Source: Mechercharimyces sp. CAU 1602 (GTDB taxonomy: Bacteria > Bacillota > Bacilli > Thermoactinomycetales > JANTPT01). From it: a stretch of 32,000 nt of DNA. The stretch covers positions 1,659,336 to 1,691,335 of the forward strand of contig NZ_JANTPT010000001.1 of the NCBI RefSeq assembly GCF_024753565.1, read 5' to 3'. A program made the position numbers and the translations under genes. A model generated the notes under the pieces. That model did not search any database. It had not been told where the DNA came from and worked only from the letters and a program-made list of their open reading frames with translations. This document shows positions 22,637-32,000 of this stretch, one piece after another (position 1 is the first letter of the stretch; every line of letters begins with the position of its first letter).

Positions 22637-24559
22637 TTAAGCATATACAGTCTCACTGCTATCTGCAAAGAAGCGATGACGCTGAACATCCGAACGTTCT
22701 GGGGTGGAGAAAGAGTGCTTTTTCTCAATATATATCTGGTGCCATAACATAAAGCATAATATCGTCCATATGCGACGACTAAAATCAGTTCGTCCCTCTT
22801 TATGCTCCTCTAGCATATAACGGATAAAATCCTTATTGAAGAGGTGATCCGTTTCACTTTCCTGTACTAATTCCCAAGCCCACTCATAGAAATCATTACG
22901 CAACCAGTGACGAGTAGGTACAGGAAACCCCAGCTTCTTCTTACCTGAGATTTCATCAGGCAACATATCTTTCATCGCTTCACGCAATACATGTTTCGTG
23001 GTTCCATTAGCAATTTTATACTTAACCGGAATCTTTGCTGCTGTTTCAAATACACGAATATCAGTAAACGGCACTCGTAGCTCCAACGAATTTGCCATCG
23101 ACATTTTATCAGCTTTCATTAAGATATTGCCGCGTAACCAGGTATGAATATCTAAGTACTGCATCTTTGTGACATCATCATACTCTGGAATACGATCAAA
23201 GATTGGATGAGTCACTTCCCATGGTGATGCATAGTGCTCCGCCATTCCCTCTGCCAACACACTTGGCTTCAAAACCTCATCAAAAATCAAGGCATTTCCA
23301 AAATAACGCTCCTCTACCACCTTAGAGCCACGAATCAAATAATTTTTCCCTTTTACTTGTGGCAAACGGGTTGCTACTTTGCCAATCCACTTGCGAGCGG
23401 AGTTAGGAAGGTGGGAAAACATCTGTAACGCATTAGGTTCACAATATATATTGTACCCACCAAAAAATTCATCTGCCCCTTCGCCAGATAATGCAACGGT
23501 TACATGCTGACTGGCCAATTCAGAAACAAAATAAAGAGCAATTGCCGAAGGATCGGCTACCGGCTCGTCTTGATGCCAGATGAGACGCGGAAGCTCCTCT
23601 AGATAACGATCCGAGGAAATTTTGATATCTTTATGCTGTGAACCTAATGCCTCTGATGTCCGCCTAGCAAAATCTTGTTCACTGTATCCCGGAATATCAA
23701 AGCCGACGGTAAATGATTGGACATTTTCATGTTGACGATGTAAAGCCACAATGGAGGAGGAATCAACTCCGCTCGAAAGAAATGCTCCCCGTGGAACATC
23801 ACTCATCAAATGATGCTTCACTGTATCTTTCATCGCCTCACGAGTTTCTTCTACAAAATCTTCAAATGGACGATTCTCATCTGGGGTAAATTCAACGTCC
23901 CAGTATTTTTCGATCTTCAATTCATCATTTTGCAAGATAAAATAGTGTGCAGGTGGAGTCTTGTGAACACCCGCAAACATCGTATCAGGCTCTGGCACAT
24001 ATTGAAAGGTGAGGTAATGATAAAGTGCTTTCTTATTTACGGTACGCTCTACATCGTCCAATTCGACCAAACTCTTGATCTCTGAAGCAAATGCATACCG
24101 ATTTTCCGTCTGTGTCCAGTACAGCGGCTTAATCCCAAAATGATCCCGTGCCCCAAATAGAAGATCCTTCTCCTTATCCCAAATCATAAAAGCAAACATC
24201 CCACGCAAATGCTTCGGTGTATCAAAACCCACCTCTTGGTATAAGTGAATCAGCGTTTCTGCCTCTGAGTCCGTTTTAAATTGATGCCCTTTTTCTGCTA
24301 ACCACGTACGGATCTCCTTATAGTTATAGATTTCACCATTAAACACCAGCCAAATTGTTTTATCTTCATTTGTAAAAGGCTGCGTCCCACCCTCTAAATC
24401 AATGATACTGAGGCGGCGAAAACCAAATCCCATATGTCGATCAATAAAAATTCCCTCTTCATCAGGTCCACGGTGAACAATGGTGTCTGACATTCTCTTG
24501 ATTAAACCTTCGCTAACCGCTTCACCATCGCGCTGTAATAAGCCCACAAAACCGCACAT
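22637..24559 (-). CDS. asnB: Asparagine synthase (glutamine-hydrolysing)
   Basis: 640 aa. The N-terminal MCGF nucleophile Cys2, RGPD and NGEIYN mark the GATase class II domain. LSSGVDSS is the PP-loop of the synthetase domain. A GGAGG RBS is present. Confidence 0.95.
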   Translation of the reverse strand: MCGFVGLLQRDGEAVSEGLIKRMSDTIVHRGPDEEGIFIDRHMGFGFRRLSIIDLEGGTQPFTNEDKTIWLVFNGEIYNYKEIRTWLAEKGHQFKTDSEAETLIHLYQEVGFDTPKHLRGMFAFMIWDKEKDLLFGARDHFGIKPLYWTQTENRYAFASEIKSLVELDDVERTVNKKALYHYLTFQYVPEPDTMFAGVHKTPPAHYFILQNDELKIEKYWDVEFTPDENRPFEDFVEETREAMKDTVKHHLMSDVPRGAFLSSGVDSSSIVALHRQHENVQSFTVGFDIPGYSEQDFARRTSEALGSQHKDIKISSDRYLEELPRLIWHQDEPVADPSAIALYFVSELASQHVTVALSGEGADEFFGGYNIYCEPNALQMFSHLPNSARKWIGKVATRLPQVKGKNYLIRGSKVVEERYFGNALIFDEVLKPSVLAEGMAEHYASPWEVTHPIFDRIPEYDDVTKMQYLDIHTWLRGNILMKADKMSMANSLELRVPFTDIRVFETAAKIPVKYKIANGTTKHVLREAMKDMLPDEISGKKKLGFPVPTRHWLRNDFYEWAWELVQESETDHLFNKDFIRYMLEEHKEGRTDFSRRIWTILCFMLWHQIYIEKKHSFSTPERSDVQRHRFFADSSETVYA

Positions 24560-24680
24560 CTCTATTCCTCCTAGTCCGCTTTCAACATCCCCCGATGCTG
24601 CACGATCGCTTATTTTTCCCGATTGTCTTTTTTGTAAATAAAGGTTTAAATTACTTATATAATTTGTGGGTAATACAATA

Positions 24681-24707
24681 AATCCATAGATGTCATATCT
24701 ATGGATT
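24681..24707 (-). promoter_or_regulatory. Perfect 11-bp-stem hairpin in the long asnB 5' leader; a possible attenuator, processing site or operator
   Basis: AATCCATAGAT-gtcat-ATCTATGGATT. On the minus strand it is followed by TATTGTATTA. It lies ~120 nt upstream of the asnB ATG. Confidence 0.3.
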
Positions 24708-24767
24708 CTCTCCTAACAAAAGATGGCTATTAAAGAATCAATATACTCGATGTCTTAGTTCTCTTAT

Positions 24768-24797
24768 AGTTTACAGGGCAGGAATAAACCGTGTCAA
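24768..24797 (-). promoter_or_regulatory. Candidate sigma-A-type promoter for asnB
   Basis: Minus strand reads TTGACA-N18-TAAACT. The -35 is perfect, the -10 matches 4/6, and the spacer is 1 nt longer than optimal. Confidence 0.3.
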
Positions 24798-25090
24798 CAA
24801 TTATCCGCCTCAAAAAGCACCTCAATCCAACGTCGTGACAATCCCCTTATAATTACCTGCTAATTTATGTACTTAACTATATCTTCTTTCGTACTTTCTC
24901 TCTTTATACGACGCAACCACTCGGTAAATTAAACACTGAAAGAAAGATTCCTGCTCCATTCCCCGTGCATCCATGTGCATTCGTTTCCAATCATCCTCTG
25001 AAAAGCGGCTCGATACAGGCTTTCATCACGACGATCCATGGATCATCCATGGATCATCAGAATCGGATGTTGATCTATCATAAGTATGGC

Positions 25091-26215
25091 TCATCGCTCT
25101 TTGTCCTTCCAGGTTGTAAAAGCATCTTTTACCGTAGTATCTATACTGCGCACATGAAGATCTCGTTGTGGGAATGGAATCTCAATACGATGTTCGCTTA
25201 ATAAGCCATGGATACGAAAATAAAAATTGCTTTTCACTTGTACCAAATACGTGGGATCTTTAATCCAAACATACAACTCAAAATCCAAAGAAGAAGCACC
25301 AAAGCCTGCGAAATTGACAAACGGTGCGGGTGACTGCAGGATAATAGTGTTCTCCCTCCTCTCTTCGTCTACACTCCGCTCCAATATCTCCTTTACCATC
25401 TTCACATCAGATCCATACGCCACTCCCACAGGGATCACCACACGCAAGCGTGGATCAGCATACGAGCGATTCACCACCTGCTCCTCTAAAAAGTAGGAGT
25501 TAGGCATAATAATATGCTCATTATCCAATGTTTTAATAATGGTGGCACGCATATTAATCTTTTCCACATCGCCCACAACTCCTTGAATCTTTACTCGATC
25601 TCCCACTTTGATCGGTCGTTCAAACAATAAAATCAACCCTGAGATAAAGTTGGACATAATATTTTGCATACCGAACCCAATACCCACTCCGAGAAATCCT
25701 GCGAATACTGTTAGTGCACTCAAATCGATACCCACCGTTGTTAAACTGACAAACACCGCCAGCACCATCGCCAGATAATAAAAAACACGATCAAAAGAAA
25801 AGCGTAAGCCCCGATCCAAATGATAGCGTTCATAAACTGCCGGCAACACATACTGAATGATCATCTTTGCGCTCCGATGTGTAAGTAACAGTATTAACAC
25901 AGCAAGAATGAGAACAAAAACGGATACCTCTACCTTTCCCAGCGAGAAAAGTTTGGTAAACACCCACTTCGAATTAGCAAAATAGATCAGAGCAAAAAGA
26001 AGAATAGCAAACATCGTTAACCAATTGATCAGTGTCAATACAAACGGAGTAAAAGTGGAACGAAAACGATCATCTTTTTTTCCTAACCCTTTTACAAACG
26101 TACGTAAAAAACTGCGCCCCACTAAGAGCGTGGCAGCGAATAACATAAACCAAGCAATATCTTGCCAAAACCCCATTTCCGTTAATGATTGCATCCAGTT
26201 ATTTATAACCTCCAC
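25091..26215 (-). CDS. Mechanosensitive ion channel protein (MscS family)
   Basis: 374 aa. N-terminal TM helices are followed by the conserved MscS core NIMSNFISGLILLFERPIKVGDRVKI...GDVEKINMRATIIKTLDNEHIIMPNS. The GTG start lies 5 nt after GGGGTGA. Confidence 0.85.
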   Translation of the reverse strand: MEVINNWMQSLTEMGFWQDIAWFMLFAATLLVGRSFLRTFVKGLGKKDDRFRSTFTPFVLTLINWLTMFAILLFALIYFANSKWVFTKLFSLGKVEVSVFVLILAVLILLLTHRSAKMIIQYVLPAVYERYHLDRGLRFSFDRVFYYLAMVLAVFVSLTTVGIDLSALTVFAGFLGVGIGFGMQNIMSNFISGLILLFERPIKVGDRVKIQGVVGDVEKINMRATIIKTLDNEHIIMPNSYFLEEQVVNRSYADPRLRVVIPVGVAYGSDVKMVKEILERSVDEERRENTIILQSPAPFVNFAGFGASSLDFELYVWIKDPTYLVQVKSNFYFRIHGLLSEHRIEIPFPQRDLHVRSIDTTVKDAFTTWKDKER

Positions 26216-26262
26216 TCAACTCACCCCTTCCTTTTGTCATACCCTCTTAAGAAACTATATAT

Positions 26263-26296
26263 AGAAACCGCCCCTTCAATTGAAGAGGCGGTTTCT
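26263..26296 (-). terminator. Rho-independent terminator after odhB
   Basis: AGAAACCGCC(C)CTTC-AATT-GAAG(A)GGCGGTTTCT: 14 bp with one mismatch. On the minus strand it is followed by ATATATAGTTTCTT. Confidence 0.8.
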
Positions 26297-26319
26297 AATG
26301 ATTCGTGGCGTCGCTACCA

Positions 26320-27549
26320 TTATCCTTCAAGCAAAAGCAGTTCAGGATCTTCTAGCAAATCCTTCACCTTGACTAAGAAACTAACAGCTTCACGACCATC
26401 AATAATACGATGATCATATGAGAGTGCGATGTTCATCATTGGACGGTTTTCCATACCATCTCCCACCGTTACCGGACGCATTTGGATTTTATGCATTCCT
26501 AAAATCCCCACTTGAGGCGCATTCAATATAGGCGTCGACAGAAGTGATCCAAAGATCCCCCCATTGGTAATAGTGAAAGTGCCACCTTGCAGTTCTTTCA
26601 ATGTAAGTGAGTTGGAACGCGCTTTTGTCGCTAACTCAACAATCTCCTGCTCAATACCAGCAAAGCTACGTTGGTCAGCATTGCGTACCACTGGAACTAC
26701 TAATCCCTCTTCTGTGGATACCGCAATCCCAATATCATAAAACTTCTTCAAGACAATTTCATCACCTTGAATTTCTGCATTCACAAGTGGGAATGCTTTC
26801 AACGCACCTACAACCGCTTTAGTGAAGAAAGACATAAATCCTAGGTTTACATCATGTTGTTCCTTAAACGCTTCTTTACGACGTTTCCGTAATTCCATCA
26901 CTGCAGTCATATCAATCTCATTAAAAGTGGTTAACATAGCTGCATTTTGTTGAGCCTCAACCAACCTCTTGGCAATGGTTTGTCGACGACGAGACATCCG
27001 TTGCCGTTCGACTGGTCGCTCGTTCTGCTCACTTGTAGTTGAACTTACTTTGGGTGCTGAGGACTCTACTGATGGGGTCTTCACCTCAGGCTTCACATCA
27101 TCTTTTTTCATCGGTTCTTGCGAAGATGGAGTGCTCCCATGCTTCCGCGCATTGCGACGCGCTGAAGGCGAACCGCTGATTTGTTGAGCTTCTTGCTCCA
27201 TTCCCTTTTGTTCCTGTGGCTGGTGCTCTTCTGTTTTACTTTCCTCTTTGCTGCTCTCCTCTGCCGGTGCATCCGAAGAAGAGTTCGCTGGAGTAGAAGT
27301 AGCTCCCTCTCCAGATCCTTCTCCTAAATAAGCGATCACTTCACCTACTTCAACTGTATCGCCTTCTTGTTTTTGGATCTTTTGCAGAGTGCCACTATTT
27401 TCTGCGTTTACTTCTAAGTTCACTTTATCTGTTTCTAACTCCAGAATAACATCGCCTTCACTAACTGAGTCGCCTTCCTTCTTCACCCAGTTAGCGATTG
27501 TTCCTTCGGTGATTGATTCTGCTAGTTCAGGTACTTTAATTTCAATCAC
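26320..27549 (-). CDS. odhB: 2-oxoglutarate dehydrogenase E2 component (dihydrolipoyllysine-residue succinyltransferase)
   Basis: N-terminal lipoyl domain (LELETDKVNLEV, lipoyl-Lys), an Ala/Pro/Ser/Glu linker, and a C-terminal catalytic domain ending in the SYDHRIIDGREAV active-site motif. The GTG start lies after GAGGGGG. Confidence 0.95.
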   Translation of the reverse strand: MIEIKVPELAESITEGTIANWVKKEGDSVSEGDVILELETDKVNLEVNAENSGTLQKIQKQEGDTVEVGEVIAYLGEGSGEGATSTPANSSSDAPAEESSKEESKTEEHQPQEQKGMEQEAQQISGSPSARRNARKHGSTPSSQEPMKKDDVKPEVKTPSVESSAPKVSSTTSEQNERPVERQRMSRRRQTIAKRLVEAQQNAAMLTTFNEIDMTAVMELRKRRKEAFKEQHDVNLGFMSFFTKAVVGALKAFPLVNAEIQGDEIVLKKFYDIGIAVSTEEGLVVPVVRNADQRSFAGIEQEIVELATKARSNSLTLKELQGGTFTITNGGIFGSLLSTPILNAPQVGILGMHKIQMRPVTVGDGMENRPMMNIALSYDHRIIDGREAVSFLVKVKDLLEDPELLLLEG

Positions 27550-27585
27550 TTGTCTTACCCCCTCTGCTGTGCTATCTACACATCA

Positions 27586-30423
27586 TCAATTAGTACGGAA
27601 TACGGATGATAAGATCCGTTGCTGCTCTACGTTATGCATATCTGGCAAACCTTCCGCTGTGCTGGAGCGTTCTTGACGACCGATATAATCAATATCCATC
27701 TTCCCTGGAGCGATCTCGCGCAAACGCGGTTCGATATACGACCACGCCCCCATATTAGCAGGTTCCTCTTGCACCCACACAATCTCTTTCAGTTGCTTAA
27801 ATCGGTCCAACACCGCTTGTAGCTCTTCTTGTGGAAACGGATAGAGCTGCTCTACACGCACAATGTGAAGCCATTCAGGCTTCTCATCCATTGCTTCTAG
27901 CTCTGTTTCCAGATCGACTGCAATCTTTCCGCTACACAGGACAAGGCGTTTGACTTTACTCCGTTTCTCACCCAGTCCTTCCTGTTCCCAAATAGGCTGG
28001 AACGAGCCCTTCTCAAACTCTCTCAAATCTGAGATAACACGTTTGTTACGGATCAAGCTCTTTGGCGACATAATAACAAGTGGGCGTGCTTCCTCTGTTC
28101 CTGTTATTGCCGCTTGCCTACGCAGGATGTGAAAGTATTGCGATGCCTTCGTCATATTGGCGACGATCCAATTGTTTTCTGCAGCAGACTGTAGATATCG
28201 CTCCATGCGCGCACTTGAATGCTCCGGACCTTGTCCTTCGTAACCGTGTGGCAAGAGCATTACCAAACTGGACTGCTGATCCCATTTGGCACGGCCCGCA
28301 GAGATAAACTGATCAAAAATTACTTGTCCCGCATTTGCAAAATCACCGTATTGAGCTTCCCACAGTACCATCGTGTTAGGCTCTTGAACATTATAGCCGT
28401 ACTCAAACCCTAGCACCGATGCTTCAGAAAGAGGGCTATTAAAGATCGTAAATGAGCTTTTTGCTTGTGGGAGTACGTGGAGCGGAGAATACGTACCACC
28501 TGTTTTGGCATCATGTAAGACAAGATGACGGTGGGCAAAGGTTGCACGCTCACAATCTTGTCCCGTTATTCGGATAGGTGTGCCATCTCCTAAGATGGAG
28601 GCGAAGGCCAACGTTTCCGCTAGCGCCCAATCCACTTTACTTTCTTTGCTAAGGGCATCCGCACGACGCTTTAGCACACGCTCCACTTTAGGATAAACAG
28701 TAAAGTTTTGTGGAGGCTGTAGGAGATCAGCATTCAACTCACGCAGAAGTTTACCCGATACCTCTGTTTTCACTTTTGGTAGTCGCCGTGATAACGGCTT
28801 CAGTTTAGAATGACTCCGCTTCACTTCGTCTTTCTTCTCTTCTTTCATCTTTTGGAAAGCAGCTTGCAGCTCTTCTTGTATTTCTTTTTCCTTTGTTTTT
28901 ACAAACTCAGAAGTAAGAATACCCTCGCTCTCCAACTTCTCTCTATAGAGGTGACGCACCGTCGGATGATTTTTGATCTTCTCATAGACAATAGGTTGTG
29001 TTGCTGATGGATCATCCATCTCATTATGCCCGTAACGACGATAACCGATGAGATCGATAACAAAGTCTTTATTAAAACGAGCACGGTATTCACAAGCTAA
29101 ACGCACGGCTGCCAATACAGCATCTAGGTCATCCGCGTTAACATGAACAATCGGTATTTCAAACCCTTTAGCAAGATCACTCGCATATTTGGTCGAACGA
29201 GCATCGCCGCTTTCAGTCGTAAAACCGATCCGGTTATTCGCGATAATGTGAATGGAACCACCAGTCTGATATCCTGGTAGTTGACTTAAGTTTAAGGTTT
29301 CAGCCACAATCCCTTCTCCTGGGAAAGCCGCATCACCATGAATCAGGATGGCCATCGCTTTTGTTACATCTTGCTTCGCATACCCGCGTTGTCCACGTTC
29401 TTCTTGTGCTGCACGGGCACACCCTTCTACTACCGCACCCACATACTCCAAGTGGCTCGGGTTATTCGCCAGCGATACCTGCGCTTGCACAGTATCACTT
29501 TCTTCCAACTGACGATCCGCACCTAAATGATACTTCACATCACCCGTCCAGCCATAGTTGATCCCCATCGAGCCCTCTGATGGAACCAACTCTTTATTTG
29601 GAGCATGATGAAACTCAGAAAAAATAGCTTCATATGGTTTTCCCAACACATGAGCGAGCACATTTAAACGACCGCGATGTGCCATCCCGATCATTACATT
29701 GCGCACGCCTAAATGAACGCTTTGTGAAATCATCTCGTCTAGTGAAGGAACCAAAGCATCAATCCCTTCAACCGAAAAGCGTTTTTGACCAACAAACGTC
29801 TTGTGTAAAAACTGCTCAAAACCTTCAACTTGAAGCAGTCGCTCCCAAGCAGCTACACGCTTTTCCTTTGGAAATTTGGATGTAATTTCACCTGATTCCA
29901 CTACTTTGGTTAACCATTGGTGTTCTTCTAAGTCATATACATGGCTAAACTCATACGCAAGCGACTTCGTATATACCTCTTTTAATCGCTTCATAACATC
30001 TTGCCCGGTATGAACATCCGCAGGTGCTTCTGGCCAAATCACTCGCGCAGGAATTTGGCTTAAATCTTGTTCTTTTAAACCATACATCTCTGGCTCCAAC
30101 ATTCGATGGTTGCCATCATTGCGGCTTTGCAGTGGATCTATTTCAGCAGCTAAGTGGCCATAGGTACGGATATTTTGTGCCATCTTCTCTGCTTGTACCA
30201 CTTTACTCAACTCGACGGACGAGTGAGCAGTCTCAACAGCCGCAGGCCCGCTATCTGCTTGCGCCATCGACGGGGGACCCCATTGTTGAAACAATTCTTT
30301 TAAATCCTCATCAACCGAGCTTGGCTCATCGCTATACTTATCGTATTGCTCGATTATGTAGCCGAGATTCGGACCAAAAAATTGTTCCCAAGGTGTTCTA
30401 GTTCCACTTTTCCCGGTTGCCAT
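27586..30423 (-). CDS. odhA: 2-oxoglutarate dehydrogenase E1 component
   Basis: 945 aa. It carries ThDP-dependent E1o blocks (GMAHRGRLNVL, HGDAAFPGEGIV, GYRRYGHNEMDDP, LLPHGYEGQGPEHSS) and sits directly upstream of E2. Confidence 0.95.
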   Translation of the reverse strand: MATGKSGTRTPWEQFFGPNLGYIIEQYDKYSDEPSSVDEDLKELFQQWGPPSMAQADSGPAAVETAHSSVELSKVVQAEKMAQNIRTYGHLAAEIDPLQSRNDGNHRMLEPEMYGLKEQDLSQIPARVIWPEAPADVHTGQDVMKRLKEVYTKSLAYEFSHVYDLEEHQWLTKVVESGEITSKFPKEKRVAAWERLLQVEGFEQFLHKTFVGQKRFSVEGIDALVPSLDEMISQSVHLGVRNVMIGMAHRGRLNVLAHVLGKPYEAIFSEFHHAPNKELVPSEGSMGINYGWTGDVKYHLGADRQLEESDTVQAQVSLANNPSHLEYVGAVVEGCARAAQEERGQRGYAKQDVTKAMAILIHGDAAFPGEGIVAETLNLSQLPGYQTGGSIHIIANNRIGFTTESGDARSTKYASDLAKGFEIPIVHVNADDLDAVLAAVRLACEYRARFNKDFVIDLIGYRRYGHNEMDDPSATQPIVYEKIKNHPTVRHLYREKLESEGILTSEFVKTKEKEIQEELQAAFQKMKEEKKDEVKRSHSKLKPLSRRLPKVKTEVSGKLLRELNADLLQPPQNFTVYPKVERVLKRRADALSKESKVDWALAETLAFASILGDGTPIRITGQDCERATFAHRHLVLHDAKTGGTYSPLHVLPQAKSSFTIFNSPLSEASVLGFEYGYNVQEPNTMVLWEAQYGDFANAGQVIFDQFISAGRAKWDQQSSLVMLLPHGYEGQGPEHSSARMERYLQSAAENNWIVANMTKASQYFHILRRQAAITGTEEARPLVIMSPKSLIRNKRVISDLREFEKGSFQPIWEQEGLGEKRSKVKRLVLCSGKIAVDLETELEAMDEKPEWLHIVRVEQLYPFPQEELQAVLDRFKQLKEIVWVQEEPANMGAWSYIEPRLREIAPGKMDIDYIGRQERSSTAEGLPDMHNVEQQRILSSVFRTN

Positions 30424-30892
30424 CGTGATACCCCCAACTACTCCATTTATCGATTATTTTTCCTTAATCTACAAAAGGTAAACAGCAACACTGCACACAC
30501 AATAGAAGAAATAAGTCTCCTTCATCTCGTATGTTATTCCCTCTAAACTAGAAGGTATGTCCTTCCGCTTCTTAGCCTGGGGTAAATTACCGTTATTATT
30601 TGCGATCAAAGAAAAAGGAATTCCAACCGTCTGTATCATACCACATCCTATTTTCACTTTCTATATGAGGAGTAGATTCCAAGAGAAAATAGAAGAGAAA
30701 TATATGAAAGAAATCTCTCTACCTAACCACCGATCTCATAGTGTGCACAAAATCTTTTAAAAATCAGTAGATACTTCTTTATTATCCTTATATTACATTT
30801 TATGATCCCTGCAAGAGGAGTGCTTCACCCCGATGGAGAATAGTGCTATATATAACAATTAACTGACAGATAGAAAAAGGAGGAATTTGAGT

Positions 30893-31120
30893 ATGAACAT
30901 AAACTTTCGCGCATTCTTCTGGATCATGGCCGGAATCGCATTTGTATGGGGAATCTTCCATAGTTTACTCAGTTATCAGGACTCGGAAACTCTCTCCTTA
31001 ATTAACTCATTTATGATGGGTGCCATCTCGTCGGCACAATTTATTTTTTACGGTGAACTGCTTCATTTGGTCAAGGAAAAGATCACCCTTAGTGAGAAAA
31101 ACAAAAGTACCCGTAATTAA
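30893..31120 (+). CDS. Small hypothetical membrane protein (75 aa, two predicted TM helices)
   Basis: The ATG at 30893 lies 9 nt after AAGGAGG; the ORF-track TTG at 30887 is too close to the RBS. Hydrophobic segments are FFWIMAGIAFVWGIF and SFMMGAISSAQFIFYG. A strong terminator follows. Confidence 0.5.
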   Translation: MNINFRAFFWIMAGIAFVWGIFHSLLSYQDSETLSLINSFMMGAISSAQFIFYGELLHLVKEKITLSEKNKSTRN

Positions 31121-31173
31121 TCGCTGGGTATTTTAATCATGTGGGATTTGTTTCGAATGTCTCAATTGCCACC

Positions 31174-31221
31174 AAAAAGTACCCTTGCGGGATTAAAATC
31201 CTACTCGCAAGGGTACTTTTT
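31174..31221. terminator. Bidirectional rho-independent terminator between convergent genes
   Basis: 16-bp stem AAAAAGTACCCTTGCG / CGCAAGGGTACTTTTT around a 16-nt loop that carries its own GGATT/AATCC mini-stem. An A-tract and a T-tract flank it, so it can serve both strands. Confidence 0.85.
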
Positions 31222-31255
31222 CGTATGCTTCAAACCTGACTAAAAAAGGTAAGTC

Positions 31256-31900
31256 TCATATCTTCTTCACTACCGCTCGAAAGCAGATAAATCGCCGAGG
31301 TGGGATTCCTAACAATACATCCTCCGATTTTTTAAAAGAGTAGTCACCCTCAAATGTTAATCCCTCTTGCTTCATCAAATCCAGTAACTTTTCAGGCGTT
31401 AATAACGGGACATCAATGGTAAGGATAATTAGACCGTCGTCTTTTAATGTACGCCTAAACTCTCTTAAGGAGAGCTTTACCTTCTCAATACTTAAATGTT
31501 CTAACACTGATAAACAAAAAATCGTATCAAATTGACCATCTTGATAAGGAAGAGCTGTAATATCCGCTTCTCGTAAATCTATCTTATCAAAAATGTTTTC
31601 AGGTAATTGGGATACCGCTTCAGCGCCATAAGTTGATCTCATCTTTGTTAAGACAGTCTCTTTCTTACTGATTTCAGGTTGAATATCACATGCATATACC
31701 TTCTTTGCATGTTGAGCTACATACAACTTAAAGGGATGAGGCACACCGCAAGCTGCATCGAGAACTACCGCTCTGTCATTCACAAACTGTTGTGCCCATT
31801 TGTATTCATAACGCCGATTCCACCATCCCTTTGGCAACGGAAGTACAAATTTTTCAACTTTATCATCTGACTGCACAAAATATCTGGAATCGCACGACAT
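31256..31900 (-). CDS. Class I SAM-dependent methyltransferase
   Basis: 214 aa. VLDAACGV (motif I), VYACDI (motif II acidic residue), FDTIFCLSVLEHL and LKDDGLIILT match the type-11/12 methyltransferase motif order. A GAAGGAG RBS lies 6 nt before the ATG. Confidence 0.8.
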   Translation of the reverse strand: MSCDSRYFVQSDDKVEKFVLPLPKGWWNRRYEYKWAQQFVNDRAVVLDAACGVPHPFKLYVAQHAKKVYACDIQPEISKKETVLTKMRSTYGAEAVSQLPENIFDKIDLREADITALPYQDGQFDTIFCLSVLEHLSIEKVKLSLREFRRTLKDDGLIILTIDVPLLTPEKLLDLMKQEGLTFEGDYSFKKSEDVLLGIPPRRFICFRAVVKKI

Positions 31901-32000
31901 AATGCACGCTCCTTCATCATTAAGGTCTCCTATACATTATGTATACGTCCTGTCTCTTGTGCGACAGTCACGATCAACGCTACCTACCTTTGTAAAGAAC

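Noticed and set aside
24560-24800. T-box or amino-acid riboswitch in the asnB leader.
   Set aside because: I could not find the AGAGA or GNUGGNA-type boxes, a T-box (..GGUGGUACCGCG-like) sequence, or a terminator/antiterminator pair. Only a single simple hairpin is present.
25033-25055. Tandem 11-bp repeat atccatggatc x2 forming overlapping palindromes (GATCCATGGATC) just downstream of the MscS gene stop. It could be an operator site.
   Set aside because: It is a single occurrence with no adjacent regulator gene or promoter, and it sits in a 3' region. It could be chance or part of a weak terminator, so it is not enough to call.
1-32000. Mobile element, prophage, defence island (RM, TA, Abi, CBASS etc.) or biosynthetic gene cluster.
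   Set aside because: I recognised no integrase, transposase or recombinase, no terminal inverted or direct repeats flanking a block, no nuclease/helicase/methylase pairs, and no NRPS/PKS or RiPP precursor signatures. The one SAM methyltransferase (31256..31900) stands alone at the window edge.

Overview
This is a chromosomal segment from an endospore-forming Firmicute, probably Bacillales, with Paenibacillaceae-like gene content and moderate GC. I found no rRNA, tRNA, CRISPR array, transposase or integrase. Most of the window is ordinary housekeeping: spoVR, a translationally coupled kynA-kynU-kynB (tryptophan to anthranilate) operon, a PHP phosphoesterase, an NRDE-family protein, a BaiN/HI0933-type flavoprotein, a YihY/BrkB membrane protein, asnB, an MscS-family channel, odhA-odhB, a small membrane protein and a SAM methyltransferase. 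Most of these have clear hairpin terminators. Two accessory loci stand out. (1) 31-8997 holds a tightly coupled operon of two paralogous YheC/YheD-type ATP-grasp proteins plus a small GNAT-like protein. It is followed by a 1,883-aa ORF built from about 157 copies of a 10-residue unit, [S/A]-[I/V]-x-x-x-H-[L/I]-x-x-x. One hundred of these units run consecutively with no indel, and nested 60-nt and 240-nt duplications are present. The protein has no signal peptide and ends in a non-repeat domain containing a WIAMG motif. (2) 14579-18829 holds two tandem paralogs. Each has an N-terminal domain, a seven-blade SBBP-type beta-propeller and a short Gly-Pro-Arg-rich collagen-like C-terminal tail, and neither has a signal peptide. 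Together with spoVR and the coat-associated YheC/D family, I infer these are mother-cell-assembled spore-surface components. The ATP-grasp/GNAT trio may modify the giant His-ladder repeat protein. This is unproven. Several ORF-track starts appear too far upstream; I re-called them from RBS positions.
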